A stretch of 64,000 nucleotides of DNA from Perna viridis (GCA_037379345.1 CM074517.1:1736001-1800000), one strand, 5' to 3'. Numbered from the stretch's first letter, positions 14,121-28,290 are shown. Notes: generated by a model not told the origin, from the letters alone. Translations and numbers: made by a program.

Positions 14121-15653
14121 AACAACAGCGTTCCAATGTCCCACTAAAAAAAAATAGTGGAAAACTTGAAGTTCACTGAAATTTTCCATGTCCAAGGTCA
14201 TAACTACCATATTAAAAAGTAAACTCTGAGCACTATGTTGGGGTGGGGGTTGTATCAAAATTATTTATCAGAACAGAAATTTCAAATCACTTTATAAACC
14301 AGAAATTCATACCAAACATAGAATTATAAACCAAGAAATTGTAAGGAAACAAGGGTGAAATCTAAAGTTTTATTGTCAAGGACTTATTCTTGTTAAAACA
14401 GCATTTCTCAAGTTTACAGCATGTGATCTCAGGAATGGGATTCATATCAATTATTGATCAGTGATCAAATGAATGATTAATTACATTGCTATGGTTAGTC
14501 TTAAATCTTCCCTGATGTTAAATTAAGACCATGGAGTTAGACAGATCAAATCCTTCAGATCCTAATTATTACTGCAGTTTAAGTCTTCCCATAATGCATT
14601 ATTTAGTGACCGATGTATATTTCTTGAAGGATTTTCTACAAAAGCCACAGACTTGGCTATTATTTCTATTTTTACATTGTCTCTTCATGGGAAGAATGAT
14701 AGGGTCGGAAGGTCAATGGTGGATATATCTTTACTCTCAATATAGAGTGCAATTATATCTTTAATTGAGGCATTTATTTAATTAATAATAAGCAACACTG
14801 AAGATATATTAACATGTGATGTAATGGGTGTGACCACTTAACTGGCACGGTGATGTCAAAAAGTAGGACTAACTCTCAAGCACAATGTCTTACTAAATAG
14901 AACTGATCAACAAAAATCGGTGCAATAGATTCACCATGGCAAGCTAATAGAACAGGGTGAATATTTTTCAGGACTTAACAGCAGAAAATGAATGACAATC
15001 ATATATCCATTAAATGCACATTAACAAAACTGTCTTAGAAAATCAAATGAAATCAAGCAAATAGAGGCATTATCCCTATATCATAGAGATATTAGATTAT
15101 TCCCATGAGAGTGGAAATGCCATCAAATTATTCCCTTCTATGATCTTTATGCCTTATCCAATTCATAATGAAATCTTAAATGATTTTACACTTATGGAAT
15201 ATCTGTCTAAAATCTATTATGAGTATATTTTTATTGATTACTTCCCTTATTTTCAAATCTAACTTATATAATCTGTAAATGTAACAAGAATAGCAAGTTT
15301 CCTTTAATTTTTTAAAAAAAGTTTCTCATAGTATCATTGTCCAATTATCGTTTCTTTTCAGCACCCTCAATGACCCTACCCAATTGGCTGATTATTTAGG
15401 TCAATCTATTTAGCTATAGTCCTGCCTCATTGACGTACATTCCACATTCCTGCTTAATCAGAAGTTTAACATATCTCTAAAAAGCTACTAAGACTACTAA
15501 GGACCAATGGTACCTACGAACACTGTGCCAAAGTCTTGGAACATGGACTAGTTGTATCTGCCCCAATTGTACTTGCCAAGACTTAGCATGGACCATTTTA
15601 AATATTTGACTTATAAAGGATTTCTTACTCATATTTTTTTAATCCATCCTTAC

Positions 15654-15699
15654 CTTAAACTACCAATGTAGTCCATACACCCAACATCTTGTTTTCTTC
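15654..15699 (-). other. Candidate 46-nt internal exon of the minus-strand transcript
   Basis: tttttttttcttttgtag|GAAGAA...TTTAAG|gtaagg: near-consensus acceptor and donor. One frame open (RKQDVGCMDYIGSL). Confidence 0.5.
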
Positions 15700-16024
15700 C
15701 TACAAAAGAAAAAAAAAACATATAATAACTTAATCCACACCAAGAGTTATCTCCCTTCTAGCCCTTTATCCTTCATCAACTTACTATTTAGGGCGGTAGA
15801 ATATATGGTTAAAGAAGTTATCACAATGAAGTTAAATGTACTTAGTTTAATATCTTCTACTTAAGGTAAAAACTTGTGCAATCCTAACCAATATTACAGA
15901 AAGGAAATACATCACTTTACCAAGAGAAAAAGTCTTCCTTTATAAATCTACAATCTATAAATAAATTCACTGGAAAAAAGACTGATCTAATAACAGTCTT
16001 TACTTCAAACTAAGAATAACAACA

Positions 16025-16725
16025 GACAATACTGACTACTCAATAGAATGGTAGTAAAGTTAGGACAATAAGACATAACAAAGAGTCGGACAATACTGAC
16101 TACTCAATAGAATGGTAGTAAAGTTAGGACAATAAGACATAACGAAGAGTCGGACAATACTGACTACTCAATAGAATGGTAGTAAAGTAAGAATAATAAG
16201 ACATAACAAAGAGTCGGACAATACTGACTACTCAATAGAATGGTAGTAAAGTTAGGACAATAAGACATAACAAAGAGTCGGACAATACTGACTACTCAAT
16301 AGAATGGTAGTAAAGTTAGGACAATAAGACATAACGAAGAGTCGGACAATACTGACTACTCAATAGAATGGTAGTAAAGTTAGGACAATAAGACATAACG
16401 AAGAGTCGGACAATACTGACTACTCAATAGAATGGTAGTAAAGTTAGAATAATAAGACATAACAAAGAGTCGGACAATACTGACTACTCAATAGAATGGT
16501 AGTAAAGTTAGGACAATAAGACATAACAAAGAGTCGGACAATACTGACTACTCAATAGAATGGTAGTAAAGTTAGGACAATAAGACATAACAAAGAGTCG
16601 GACAATACTGACTACTCAATAGAATGGTAGTAAAGTTAGGACAATAAGACATAACAAGGAGTTGGACAATACTGACTACTCAATAGAATGGAAGTAAAGT
16701 TAGGATGATAAGACAGAACAATGAC
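16025..16725. repeat. 64-bp minisatellite, ~11 copies
   Basis: Unit gacaatactgactactcaatagaatggtagtaaagttaggacaataagacataacaaagagtcg, starts at 16025, 16089 and onward. Confidence 0.97.
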
Positions 16726-18332
16726 TTGGAGAATGTCCTTATACTAACGACGAAGACTTTATCTGGTATGTTTCCCTGTCTTATCTCAAATTACCTGTTC
16801 AATATTGAACCTTTCCATCTTGTCTTTTGATGACTTTATCAATTTTAATTCAGACAAAATTCTATTATATTAAAGTCAAGAGCTGTCTTCATTGACTTAT
16901 TGAACAATGGCTTTCAAATGTTTAATATAATAAATAGACGAATTCCATTATACATTTATACAGCTTCTTGCATAAATGAGGAACTTGCCATCAATTTATT
17001 ATCATGGTTCTGAAAGTCTGCCGATTTACCATAAATCTAGCTAATTCTATGTTATCACATTCCATAAAAAGACATAGCTATTAATTCTGAATAAAAACCA
17101 ATACACAGACAATATTAATATTGAACAGCTATGATATATAGCCATAATCTGAACATCGTATCTCCCCAATGCGAATCAAACCTCCCCTCGTCGACAGAAG
17201 ATTTCATACCGATTTAATAATTCTATCCACAAGTGGTGATAGAAAATACCAACAAGGGACCATACTTTGGTTGTTAATTCAAATCATCATTGACTATAAC
17301 TTCACACCAGACCCACTTTATGACAAAATGTCATATTGATAAAATTTGCTGTAGGAATGTCACCCATGGGATCTAGACCCAAACATCTATAAATACCAAC
17401 TAGCTACTAAATGATCTTCCTCTACCATCTATTGAGAGTTGTTTTCAAATAAAAACTTTCATTTTATATACCTTACTGACAATGTATAACATTAAAGAAG
17501 TGTCTACCACAGGAACAATACCATCATTAGAATGAGAAAAGTCTGGGGTCAGATTACCAACAAACATTGGCTGTGTGTAAGCTGACAAAAACAAAACATT
17601 TTCCAATACTTATACTTAATTGGTTTTATCTGGACAAAATTATTGTTTAACAAAAATAGTTTACAACAAATTATATTCTACTTTTGACCTTAACAAATAC
17701 AGGTAGAGTACACTTGTGTTTATATTTTATTCTTGGACTGCTGAGCTCATCCCAGTTTTTTTTTTACTTTCTATTTAATGATCTAGTCTTTTTGAATGTA
17801 TGCTTGTGTTGAATTTATGTTTCATTATAACACTGTTCCACTCAACTCAGAATTTTAAGCTATTTGATAAATTTCAAATAAGAATTTTTGGCTTTGTTTA
17901 TAAAGTGAAACCTTTTACAAGGAATTTTTTCTACAGTTGAAGCTCCATGATAACTGAACTCAAGAGAATAATGGACACATCTATACAGCCTTAAACTCTA
18001 TATCTGTACACCCATTTTAAGTCAGGAACTTGGTCCATAGTGTTATTTCAAAAATAACTTGATTGTCTTATAAGAAAAGATGTTCACTTTAGCTAGGGTC
18101 AACAAGAACTTGCCACTATCCCTTATTGAAGTTAATATTTCACTGCTGGGGTCATTGCCTTATGTACATTTTCCCCACATCATTTTTGCTTCATGATCAA
18201 ATTCAGTTGTTAGTGTGATACCTAATATACACTGTAATGTAGGAAACCTCTTTTTTCTTTTGTCCTTATATTACTTTTTAGTTTGATTTGTCATTGTTCA
18301 GTTACCATGGATTTCATTACTTTGTTGTCATG

Positions 18333-18658
18333 ACCTTCCAGAGATTACTTAAAGGTGTGTTCACACTTACTGAAGACCATCCAGAGATTACTTAAAGGTG
18401 TGTTCACACTTATTGAAGACCTTCCAGAGATTACTTAAAGGTGTGTTCTCACTTATTAAAGACCTTCCACAGCTTACTTAAAGGTGTGTTCACACTTACT
18501 GAAGACCCTCCAGAGATTACTTAAAGGTGTGTTCACACTTACTGAAGACCTTCCACAGCTTACTTAAAGGTGTGTTCACACTTATTGAAGGTGTGTTCAT
18601 ACTTACTGAAGACCTTCCACAGCTTACTTAAAGGTGTGATTACACTTACTGAAGACCT
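18333..18658. repeat. 43-bp minisatellite, ~7.5 copies
   Basis: Unit ccttccagagattacttaaaggtgtgttcacacttactgaaga. Confidence 0.93.
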
Positions 18659-19701
18659 TTTGGTGATCTCTGAAAGTACTTAATATTTTGTATTTAGGTT
18701 ATATGCTGGTGCATTTGTTATGTTTCACCAAATCTGTTCATTTCCTATTTTTTCTTTTGAATGTTGATTATGTATAGAAAATGGTGAGTATATAACACAC
18801 AGTTTTCAACCATAGGTCTTCCAAATGCATGCCTTTCATTTTATTTTCATTACCCTGAATTTAATAAAACCAGATTTTCTGCCTAAATAATTGATACAGG
18901 ACCAAATACATGTTAATTCATAATATTTGTAGCAGTATAAAATAAACTGAAAGGCAAATTCATTAAACATTCACAGTTTTTCTTTTCATTTAATCAATGT
19001 GACATTTTATTCTGGGATAAACAGCCAGACCAAATCAAACATACAGTAATCCTTTACAATCCATATATTGAATCACATCAACGTCAACATTTAGTTGACG
19101 AACTGAGATTTTCAAATCTGTCTTTACATGTATAATCCTTGAATCTAATCATTAATATTATAAATGACGTCCTTTTTCCATATCTATTATGAAGTCTTGG
19201 TCCTATTGATTTAAAGGTAACATCTTGACTTAAATAATAATTCAAATCCTGCGATAAAGCTGTTTTCTAAACATGAATCGATACCTCAAGGTTTCAAGTC
19301 CCGACTCAAGCAATAAATGAAACCTAGTAACTCTAACTTGTCAGTCAAATAGTAACTAATGAATTGGGTCAGTGGCTGCAACTCAATAAATAACTTGAGA
19401 AAACCACACTTCCCATCGCTTCCATTATAGCTTTGTCCTGCATGATGGCAATCGACGATATCACAGGCAGAAATCTATTACATCAGAATCGTTTGTCAGA
19501 AATTATACAATTGGGTGACAAGGTTATCAATGAATACGCTTGCTATTTTGTTGTTCAATATCTTCAGGAAACAATATTTTCACTGTTCTAATAAATATGT
19601 TCAGATTGTGTTGCTTCTTCTTTCAGTCCAGCTACTTCATGGTTGGACCAATGTAATATTTGGTTTTAACTCATCATATATATATATAATTGATTTACCA
19701 T

Positions 19702-19863
19702 CAGGGAGGGAATTCTTTTTGTTTGTTTTGTTTGTTCCATACACTTTAACTTTGAATTTTGGTAGCCAATTGGTAAATTCCTTCTATAGTAGAAGAAATT
19801 TAGTAGCTCACACTAAATGTTTGGGGCCATTTGCAAGTGGGTCCCTGCTAATTTCAGACCCTG
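19702..19863. mobile_element. Possible small hAT-like MITE remnant
   Basis: Ends CAGGGAGGGAATT and AATTTCAGACCCTG form an imperfect CAGGG TIR. No clear 8-bp TSD. Confidence 0.35.
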
Positions 19864-21044
19864 TGATAATGTTTTGCAGTTATATTTTGATAGAATTCTT
19901 TACTTTTTACATACTAGGAACACAGAGTATAAAGAGCTTGCTTGTGCCTTACTTAAATATATTTAAAATGAAGCTTGATCTCACAAAAGTTTTGTACTTC
20001 CAAACATTTTCCATTATGCTAAACATGATATTTTAGTGCAAGTCTTATTTGAAGGTTTGAGACTGTGTTGTCTCAAGGTTACTTCTCTATTACCCCATGA
20101 ATAATGCCTGAAGGTCATTTTTACATCACCCCTTGGACATTGTCTAAAGGCTGTTTTCCAAATACCTCTATCCAAAATTTTGTCCTTGTCCATTATTTCA
20201 TGAAAAGCTTTTTTCAGTTTTTTCTCACAAGTTCAATGTTTTCCAAATTGGATGTTTATGTTCATTCATTAAATGTCTTAAACTTGCTTGGAAAAGATTC
20301 TCATATTCTATCATTAACGAAGTGTTTTCCATTAACAGTAAAACAAGAATTTCCCGTGGCAGTCAATATCTGTATCTCAGATCTTATATATGGAGACATT
20401 GCTAATTGGGAAATCCAGAAAATCTAATTTATATAATAAAATTGTCGCAAACATGCCATCAGTGATAGGAAATAGAAATGCTGCAACACTACATCCTAAA
20501 GAAATCTACTACATCATACAATAAATAGACATCAGAAGTCTTACAACAATGTTATAAAAATATTACTTTAACATTCCTGTGGTTAGGAATTGTTAGGAAT
20601 TCTTTAGCTATAAATTTGTCCCTATTTCTATGACTTCCTAAGTTCAACAACTTTATGTCAGAACAATAACTGTTTTCAAACATGTACAATGTTCAGTTTT
20701 TTTGTGGAAATTTGTATGTTAAAGTTTTTAAATATTTCTTTTCAGAGAATGCAGGAGAACATATATTATGCTAACTGTTTTCATTACCAGAGCTATTTCA
20801 AGACAGAATTGGAAGTCCTTAACATTTATTTAGCATACAGACCATCTATTCACATTTGTGATGGAAGGGCCAGTATAGCTAATTTTCCTGTATACTAGTA
20901 GTCACAACTTGATACATTCTGTTGTATTGAATCTGATGGAATGTCTAAAGGCTTGGCTGGCCAATCTATAGGAGCAATACACATAACTAAATTAAGCCAA
21001 AATTTCACCATACAACATCTACATACACTTTACTGTACAACCAT

Positions 21045-21395
21045 ACAATGTACCTACATGTACTAGACTATCCTTGCATGCATGTACTATACTGTCCCTG
21101 CATACATGTACTAAACTGTCGATGTAAACAATGTACCTACATGTACTAGACTGTCTGTGTATACAATGTACCTACATGTACTAGACTATCCCTGCATACA
21201 TGTACTATACTGTCAATGTATACAATGTACCTACATGTACTATACTGTCTGTGTATACAATGTACCTACATGTACTACACTGTCAATGTATACAATGTAC
21301 CTACATGTACTACACTGTCAATGTATACAATGTACCTACATGTACTACACTGTCAATGTATACAATGTACCTACATGTAATATACTGTACATGTA
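21045..21395. repeat. 35-bp TACATGTA-rich minisatellite, ~9-10 copies
   Basis: Unit tacaatgtacctacatgtactacactgtcaatgta. Produces the spurious ORFs 21157-21396 and 21200-21424. Confidence 0.9.
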
Positions 21396-21853
21396 ACCTT
21401 ACAATGATTCATGATGTCTGGTGACTGGTAACAAATGTAACTTTCTGCTGCAAATAAACTTAAGGAGTTCTATAAGGATAGCCTTTGTTACCATATCGTT
21501 ATCATTTTAGTCGTAATCATAACTAAATTTGATCAAGTATGGAACTAACATAACAAGTTAGGGAACAATCAACTCTTGGAGGAGTCTGATATTGAAGAAA
21601 TGATGTGATTGAAACCTGTAAGGAATCAACTATTTGACAGGATACAACCAGAATAGTAAATGACAAGGCTACAGACCTCTAGAATCTAATCAGAGAAGAC
21701 GAAGAAAGGTTTGGTAGAGATCAACAAACAAAATTAAGTCAATCCTGACCTTACTGCACCAATGTAGTATGTCTATGCCTACAATTTTTATTATTTTAAA
21801 CAAACATTACGCAAATTCCAATATTAAAAGAAATCAGGGCACATTGATATTTC

Positions 21854-22189
21854 GAGTTTTCCTGATCCTTTTGTAAGTCCATACTTGTCTTATTGTATTT
21901 GTCAGGGATTCATGAAATACATATATTTTACACACTGTATGTAGATGCCTGTATGCTGTTCATACCCTCATGGAAATAGAAGTGATTTGACCAATTTCTT
22001 GATAACAAGCATGACACTGCTTTTATTTCTCAGTGACTAAAATCTGATACTTTTCTGAATTTTACCTGTTTATCATAATTGACAACTAACACATTGATTT
22101 AAGGTGTTTTTTTTCCTTTTATCAGTAAACACTAAAATAATTCACACTGTGATTTTCCAATCAATGTTAATAAAGTAGTCAATTTTTCC
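21854..22189 (+). repeat. ~336-bp direct repeat, copy 1 (copy 2 at 26395-26732)
   Basis: gagttttcctgatccttttgtaagtcc...gtagtcaat(t/g)tttcc present twice with only a handful of differences. Confidence 0.95.
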
Positions 22190-22977
22190 AAAAGAATCAA
22201 TTTTTATAATGGTGTTTTTTTTCATATTAATTAAAGATATCTTAACCAACTTCCAAAGTACATCAAACAGCTATAAAATTTGCTATTGATTGGGTCTTTT
22301 AGTTTTGAATTAATCTTCATCAACAGAACGTTTGCTAAACAATATTAACTGCAGCCCTGTTCAAATAAACTTCTAGTGTTTACTCACAATCATCTCGTCA
22401 ACTCAGTGTTTCAGTAAAAAGTCAAGTCAATAACAACCTGTATCAATTACGTGATTCCTATTACTTGCCATTCAATACTGCTATTACCCACGGAACACGT
22501 ATGTTTACGGGAAATTCAAGTTCCGGCTCTCTGTTTCTGTAACATTTATCATCCTTAGTTGGTAGAAAACTTAATCCTACTTAAAAACTTTGCAAAAGTG
22601 TAAGCTCAATAAAGCCTTAATCAGTTTTAGAAGAAAAGAAATATATAGCTTCCTGAATTTCTTAATTACATATATTCTTCACATTCTGGATTTATAACCA
22701 AAATTATTTTGGATACTACATCTGAAACTATTTAGTATTTCTGCAATATGATGTAATAAATATTAAATTAATGTTAGTTACTAACCTAAAAACTTCATAA
22801 TGAGAGAATTTTCTTGGAAACTCTCCATTTTAATTTTACTGATAAATGGAGAAAAAAACCACCAGCAGATTACTAACAATACGAATGGCTACTAAATACC
22901 ATGGAGAAAATATAGCTTCTTACTTCAAGAGTTTTTCAATGGTTTTGTATTGTTTCCCTATTTGTTTTTTTTAAATA

Positions 22978-23698
22978 GGTGCAGGTAGTAGCGACAGTGA
23001 CTAATTAATAAGTGCAGTTAGTAGCAACAGTGACTAATTAATAGGTGCAGGTAGTAGCGACAGTGACTAATTTATAGGTGCAGGTAGTAGCGACAGTGAC
23101 TAATTAATAAGTGCAGGTAGTAGCAACAGTGACTAATTAATAGGTGCAGGTACTAGTGACAGTGACTAATTAATAGGTGCAGGTAGTAGCAACAGTGACT
23201 AATTAATAGGTGCAGGTAGTAGCAACAGTGACTAATTAATATGTGCAGGTAGTAGCAACAGTGACTAATTAATAGGTGCAGTTAGTAGCAACAGTGACTA
23301 ATTAATAAGTGCAGGTACTAGCGACAGTGACTAATTAATAGGTGCAGGTACTAGCGACAGTGACTAATTAATAGGTGCAGGTAGTAGCAACAGTGACTAA
23401 TTAATAAGTGCAGGTAGTAGCAACAGTGACTAATTAATAGGTGCAGGTAGTAGCTACAGTGACTAATTAATAGGTGCAGGTAGTAGCGACAGTGACTAAT
23501 TAATAGGTGCAGGTAGTAGCGACAGTGACTAATTAATAAGTGCAGTTAGTAGCAACAGTGACTAATTAATAGGTGCAGGTAGTAGCGACAGTGACTAATT
23601 TATAGGTGCAGGTAGTAGCGACAGTGACTAATTAATAAGTGCAGGTAGTAGCAACAGTGACTAATTAATAGGTGCAGGTACTAGCGACAGTGACTAAT
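22978..23698. repeat. 33-bp minisatellite, ~22 copies with higher-order structure
   Basis: Unit ggtgcaggtagtagcaacagtgactaattaata. The variant pattern of units 1-6 recurs 528 bp (16 units) later. Confidence 0.97.
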
Positions 23699-23764
23699 AT
23701 AACTAAACCAATGAAACAGATGTTTAACAAAATACACTGGTAATGATGACATGGTTGGTTTCCA

Positions 23765-24082
23765 TGAGGATCACCATCTGATTTTGTGGGGAGGAGGCCT
23801 GGCAGTTTTTGTAGATTAATATCTAGTATTAAAAAAATTGGAAATACATTATCTGGCCTCCACTACCTAGAACATAAAACCAATCTGGCCTCCACTACAT
23901 AGAAAATAAAACCAAACTGGCCTCCACTACCTAGAAAATAAAACCAATCTGGCCTCCATATTCTAATGTACAGTATACTGAAAATAAATAATCTAGCTAT
24001 AAAGCATTTGAAAATAAAATGTTCTACCCCAACCAAAAACTGCCAGCCCCTCCTTTTTCAGAATGAACTGTTTGTCTCCTAA
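23765..24082. mobile_element. Degenerate MITE-like element containing a 32-bp internal repeat (aatctggcctccactacctagaaaataaaacc x~3.4, 23850-23958)
   Basis: Inverted subterminal motifs ggcctggcagtttttg and caaaaactgccagccc. Decayed termini. Confidence 0.45.
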
Positions 24083-26394
24083 CTACATTGGTGGTACCCA
24101 GCACTGGCATTGGTTGTTTTCAGTAAGAAAGATGTATAAGTATGTCAGGTTTCCTAATCAATCAGGCCAAGGTTCTGTAAAACTTGAATAACAGGTCTGT
24201 GAATATTTATCTCCAAGTTAAATGAGGTAACATACTAATTGTCACTGTTCTACCAATAGAACATTAAGACATCACAATACCAACAGTTAAGAATATGCTA
24301 AGTATATCCTTCATGTTTTCAGGCAGTGGGGACTGGGGTTTCACATGGCATGGCAGAAAAACAGGACTCAATAGAAAGTAAATGTTTAACCTAACAAAAT
24401 TTCAATTTATTATTTTGTTTCAAAGTGAACCTCCTATACATAATTTATATAAATACATATTTAAAAAAACACCAACTCTGCAATATTTCATCATATATGA
24501 ACATGACATATTAGTTTGAAACCTTTAGCTGATTATTATGTTCTAGCCACAGTCTGATTTACAAGAAAATGAAGGACATGTCATTATGCTGACTACAGTT
24601 CATTACTACATGTTATCAGTTCCTGTGTTTCTTGTTAACTAAAGGGAAAAGTCTAATTAAGATAAATCTTTAAAATAAATTGAAGATTTCCAATTCCTTT
24701 TAAATCCCTCTTCACATTCTTTGATCTTAGTACAACTAGCATAAATCAAGCCACACCAAAATTAGTGATCGATTTGAGAGCTAATTAAAACTGAGCAGTT
24801 TCAAATTAAGATAGATATGTCCAACGATTTGTCAAGCTGTGGAATAGATGTCACCAAAAATGCATCATTATAAATCTTCTGGAAATTTATCTTAGAAAAG
24901 AAGTTCTTTACCCTAAGGGTCTTAATAATGAGATAAAAAACAAAAGAGAAGTATGTGTCCATGAAGCTAGCATCCAGATCTAACAGCTAGTAGTAAAGTT
25001 ATACCAATAATTAGATAACATTAGGTATATTGAAAAAGTGACAAAACAAGTAAACACAGACCAATGGACACAGAACTACCCAAAAGGGAATATAAGCATC
25101 TAAAGTTTTGGCAACTGAGACCAGGCCTTTTTTACCTGCTAAAACTTATCTATCAGATTTAGATAATGTCTCCAAAAAGAGCAAAAGAAAATTAAAATCA
25201 AAAGGTTTGATAGAGCTCTGTCTGCAAAAATCAAATGATAGCTGCCTAATACAACAATAAATCTAGCACATATGACATTCTAGTGTATACAACTCTATGA
25301 TCAGTGTGTCTATCAAATGTTCTACTGTCTGTAGGGATATGTATCTAGTCAATTATTTAAAACAATAAGAGATTAAATAATGATTAAATGATTCAGTAAA
25401 GATAAAAATTAAATTTGAGTCTGACATTTATCGTGATATAATATGATATAGTTGTCAATTTATTGATCCCTATGTAGAACACTTCCTTACAAAGTCTTCT
25501 ATGGAAGCACTTGCAGAACATCACTTTTATTTTCACATTTTCTCTATCAAATTAGTATAGCTAATTCTTAGCACAGGGATGAAACTCCAGTACAAGATGT
25601 ATAGAAATGAACTAATTGACTTTTCATTTTCCACAATGATTTTTGAGAATGGACTTAAGGAATCATAATTTTTCGAAAAAATATTTTCTCTGCTAATCTT
25701 ATATAACCCTAGTACTAAAGCCCTGTCAGGAATTCACAGGTCTACAGCACCACAAAAGTACAATTAATCTGACAAGAATCTTTCTCTCTGGACCAGAATC
25801 TTTCTCCATCATCTTTACATGGTTGTTTTACATCAATAATCTCTGATCCTTGCTGATCGCAGATCAGTTAATCATATTTGGCCAATCAATCCTCACGAAA
25901 CATCACACGTCTCACCCAATCACATCCACTGATCCTCCGTCAAAACAATTGATTTTTCTCCCTTGTCCATATATAAATAATAAGTTAATATAAATCTTTT
26001 AAGGTTTAGTGACCATGAATAGGGTGTTAAGGATGTAATGTTCCTATACTGTTCTACAATCCTTTAAGCTCTAGACAGCTTCAGTAATGATACATTTATC
26101 TATAAATAGGATTTTCTCTGATGCTTAGCTATGTTCCTTTAATATACAATTCATAAAGGATTTTTCTTTGAAGCTAAAGTAATCCTATTTGATAGTGAAT
26201 TCATATAGACTGCTTTTTGATGCCAATTAGATACATATATAAATGGAAGTCTTATAGTAATGTCACTGATTGTGAAGAAATTTAGAGAACTTCTATGATA
26301 GATCGAACACTATCTTAACAATTCCAAAAACCTTAAGTAAAAAGTCTATAAAACTTGTCAGATTTCTATTGTAGGTCCAGCCATTGAAGTCTGA

Positions 26395-26732
26395 GAGTTT
26401 TCCTGATCCTTTTGTAAGTCCATACTTGTCTTATTGTATTTGTCAGGGATTCATGAAATACATATATTTTACACACTGTATGTAGATGCCTGTATGCTGT
26501 TCATACCCTCATGGAAATAGAAGTGATTCGACCAATTTCTTGATAACAAGCATGACACTGCTTTTATTTCTCAGTGACTAAAATCTGATACTTTTCTGAA
26601 TTTTACCCGTTTATCATAATTGACAACTAACACATTGATTTAAGGTGTTTTTTTTTCCCTTTTATCAGTAAACACTAAAATAATTCACACTGTGATTTTC
26701 CAATCAATGTTAATCAAGTAGTCAATGTTTCC
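26395..26732 (+). repeat. ~336-bp direct repeat, copy 2
   Basis: Near-identical to 21854-22189, offset 4541 bp. Confidence 0.95.
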
Positions 26733-26752
26733 TAGAGAAACCTCATGAATTA

Positions 26753-26880
26753 AAAACCCAGCTAAACTAGATATAGTTTCACCAAAAACCTAGCTTAACT
26801 GGACATGGTTTCACCAAAAACCCTAGCTAAACTGGACATGATTTCACCAAAAACCCAGCTAACCTGGACATGGTTTCATA
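26753..26880. repeat. ~33-bp tandem repeat (aaaaccctagctaaactggacatggtttcacc), ~4 copies
   Basis: Visible periodicity. Confidence 0.8.
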
Positions 26881-28059
26881 AAAAAATAAACATTGAGTAT
26901 TGAGGAAATCAATGATCTTTGCCCTGAAATCAAGACATAAAATGCACCATGGAGTACAGAATGATACAACTAAAGAGTTCAAAACTTCATACAGTTCTCA
27001 CTTTGGATTGTGATTGAATGTTGACACAACCCAGGTTTTCAAAACACAGTAACAGTGGTCATGAAATTGGACATTAACCTTATGGTCAAACATAAAAAAT
27101 CTAAATACACAGAGTTGGTTTTAACATATCCATGCACCTTTGGAATTCAATTTTTTCTTATAATGTCTACTTTCGATCCCTATGGAAAACCAGGTCAAAA
27201 TCCAAAATCTAATACAGATTCAGCATGATATGATTTGAGGCTTCCATGTCAGGGATGGGGCTATTTTTACTCACTTGTTGATAAAGCACCATGTTGTAAT
27301 ATCATTGATGTCTCAACCAACAGGTGTGACTTCCTACTTTGAGCAATTCATGTTTCAGAGCATCTACATAACATAGCTGACTCTCTGTCCTTTTCAAATA
27401 TCCCTTGTTTTCAGTTTCATTAAATCTCCCCAAAATTTTCAAGACTAAAAAAAAATATAAAAATATGAAAACATGTGAAGTTGAACAAGAAATATGTAAC
27501 TTATACAAAGTTTACGAAATATCTATCTTGCTTGAGAATTGATCCAAACCTTTCGATGTGATATTTAACTTTATGCTACAATTTCATTGAGATCCATTAA
27601 AGTTATTGTCTGGAAACAGAGTCCATGAATGATGATGATGCCCACAAAGATTAAGACAATGAAGACATCACCATACCATTATGGGATACAATGTTTTGTG
27701 GTTATGTGAAACTAAAACCATAAAACTGGTACTATTTTTTTTTCTATATTGCAAACCCTTCAACTAGACAGATGTTTCTTTAGTCCCCCCCCTGAAAAAA
27801 ACAAGTTCTAAATTCCCATTAACATATATTCCCAGAGAAATGGCATTTCATTGTATGATGCAAAGAACTCAGCAGGAGGTTTAATTATGTAATAAGCTAA
27901 ATGATCTGAAGTACTCAATAACCTTGTTTCTTGAACCTGAAATACTGAGAGTTTCTACAGCAAAAAGTCTAAAACATGGCCATTAAGACATTTAAGATTG
28001 CAACTGCTGAGAAACAAGAAAAAATACCTCCACATCAAAGATCTCCCTCTGTCTACAGG

Positions 28060-28290
28060 TCATGATACACCATGAAAGTAGTACATCACATGCCTACCTT
28101 AATACAACATTTTCACTGAATGCACTATGTATGATACACTATGAAAGTAGTACATCACATGCCTACCTTAATACAATATTTCCACTGAATGCAGCATGAT
28201 ACACCATGAAAGTAGTACATCACATTCCTTCCTTAATACAACATTTCCACTGAATGCACCATGATACACCATGAAGGCAATACCTAACTT
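28060..28290. repeat. ~66-70-bp tandem repeat (catgatacaccatgaaagtagtacatcaca...cactgaatgca), ~3.3 copies
   Basis: Visible periodicity. Confidence 0.85.

Noticed and set aside
19515-20427. 173-aa and 107-aa + strand ORFs as membrane proteins
   Set aside because: Composition (F/L/I/Y-rich) reflects T-rich DNA. No recognisable motif, a non-ATG start for the first, and it spans a MITE-like remnant.
6940-23698. Regular arrays (68, 64, 43, 35, 33 bp) as CRISPR-like repeats
   Set aside because: Units are head-to-tail with no unique spacers, there are no cas genes, and the context is eukaryotic intron.
22978-23698. GAGSSNSD-type repeat protein (33 bp = 11 codons)
   Set aside because: All + frames contain a stop in nearly every unit. 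The one mostly open - frame is broken by variant units and has no evident start.
21854-26732. Intact LTR retrotransposon
   Set aside because: No TG...CA ends, PBS, PPT, TSD or gag/pol remnants. Kept only as a direct-repeat finding.
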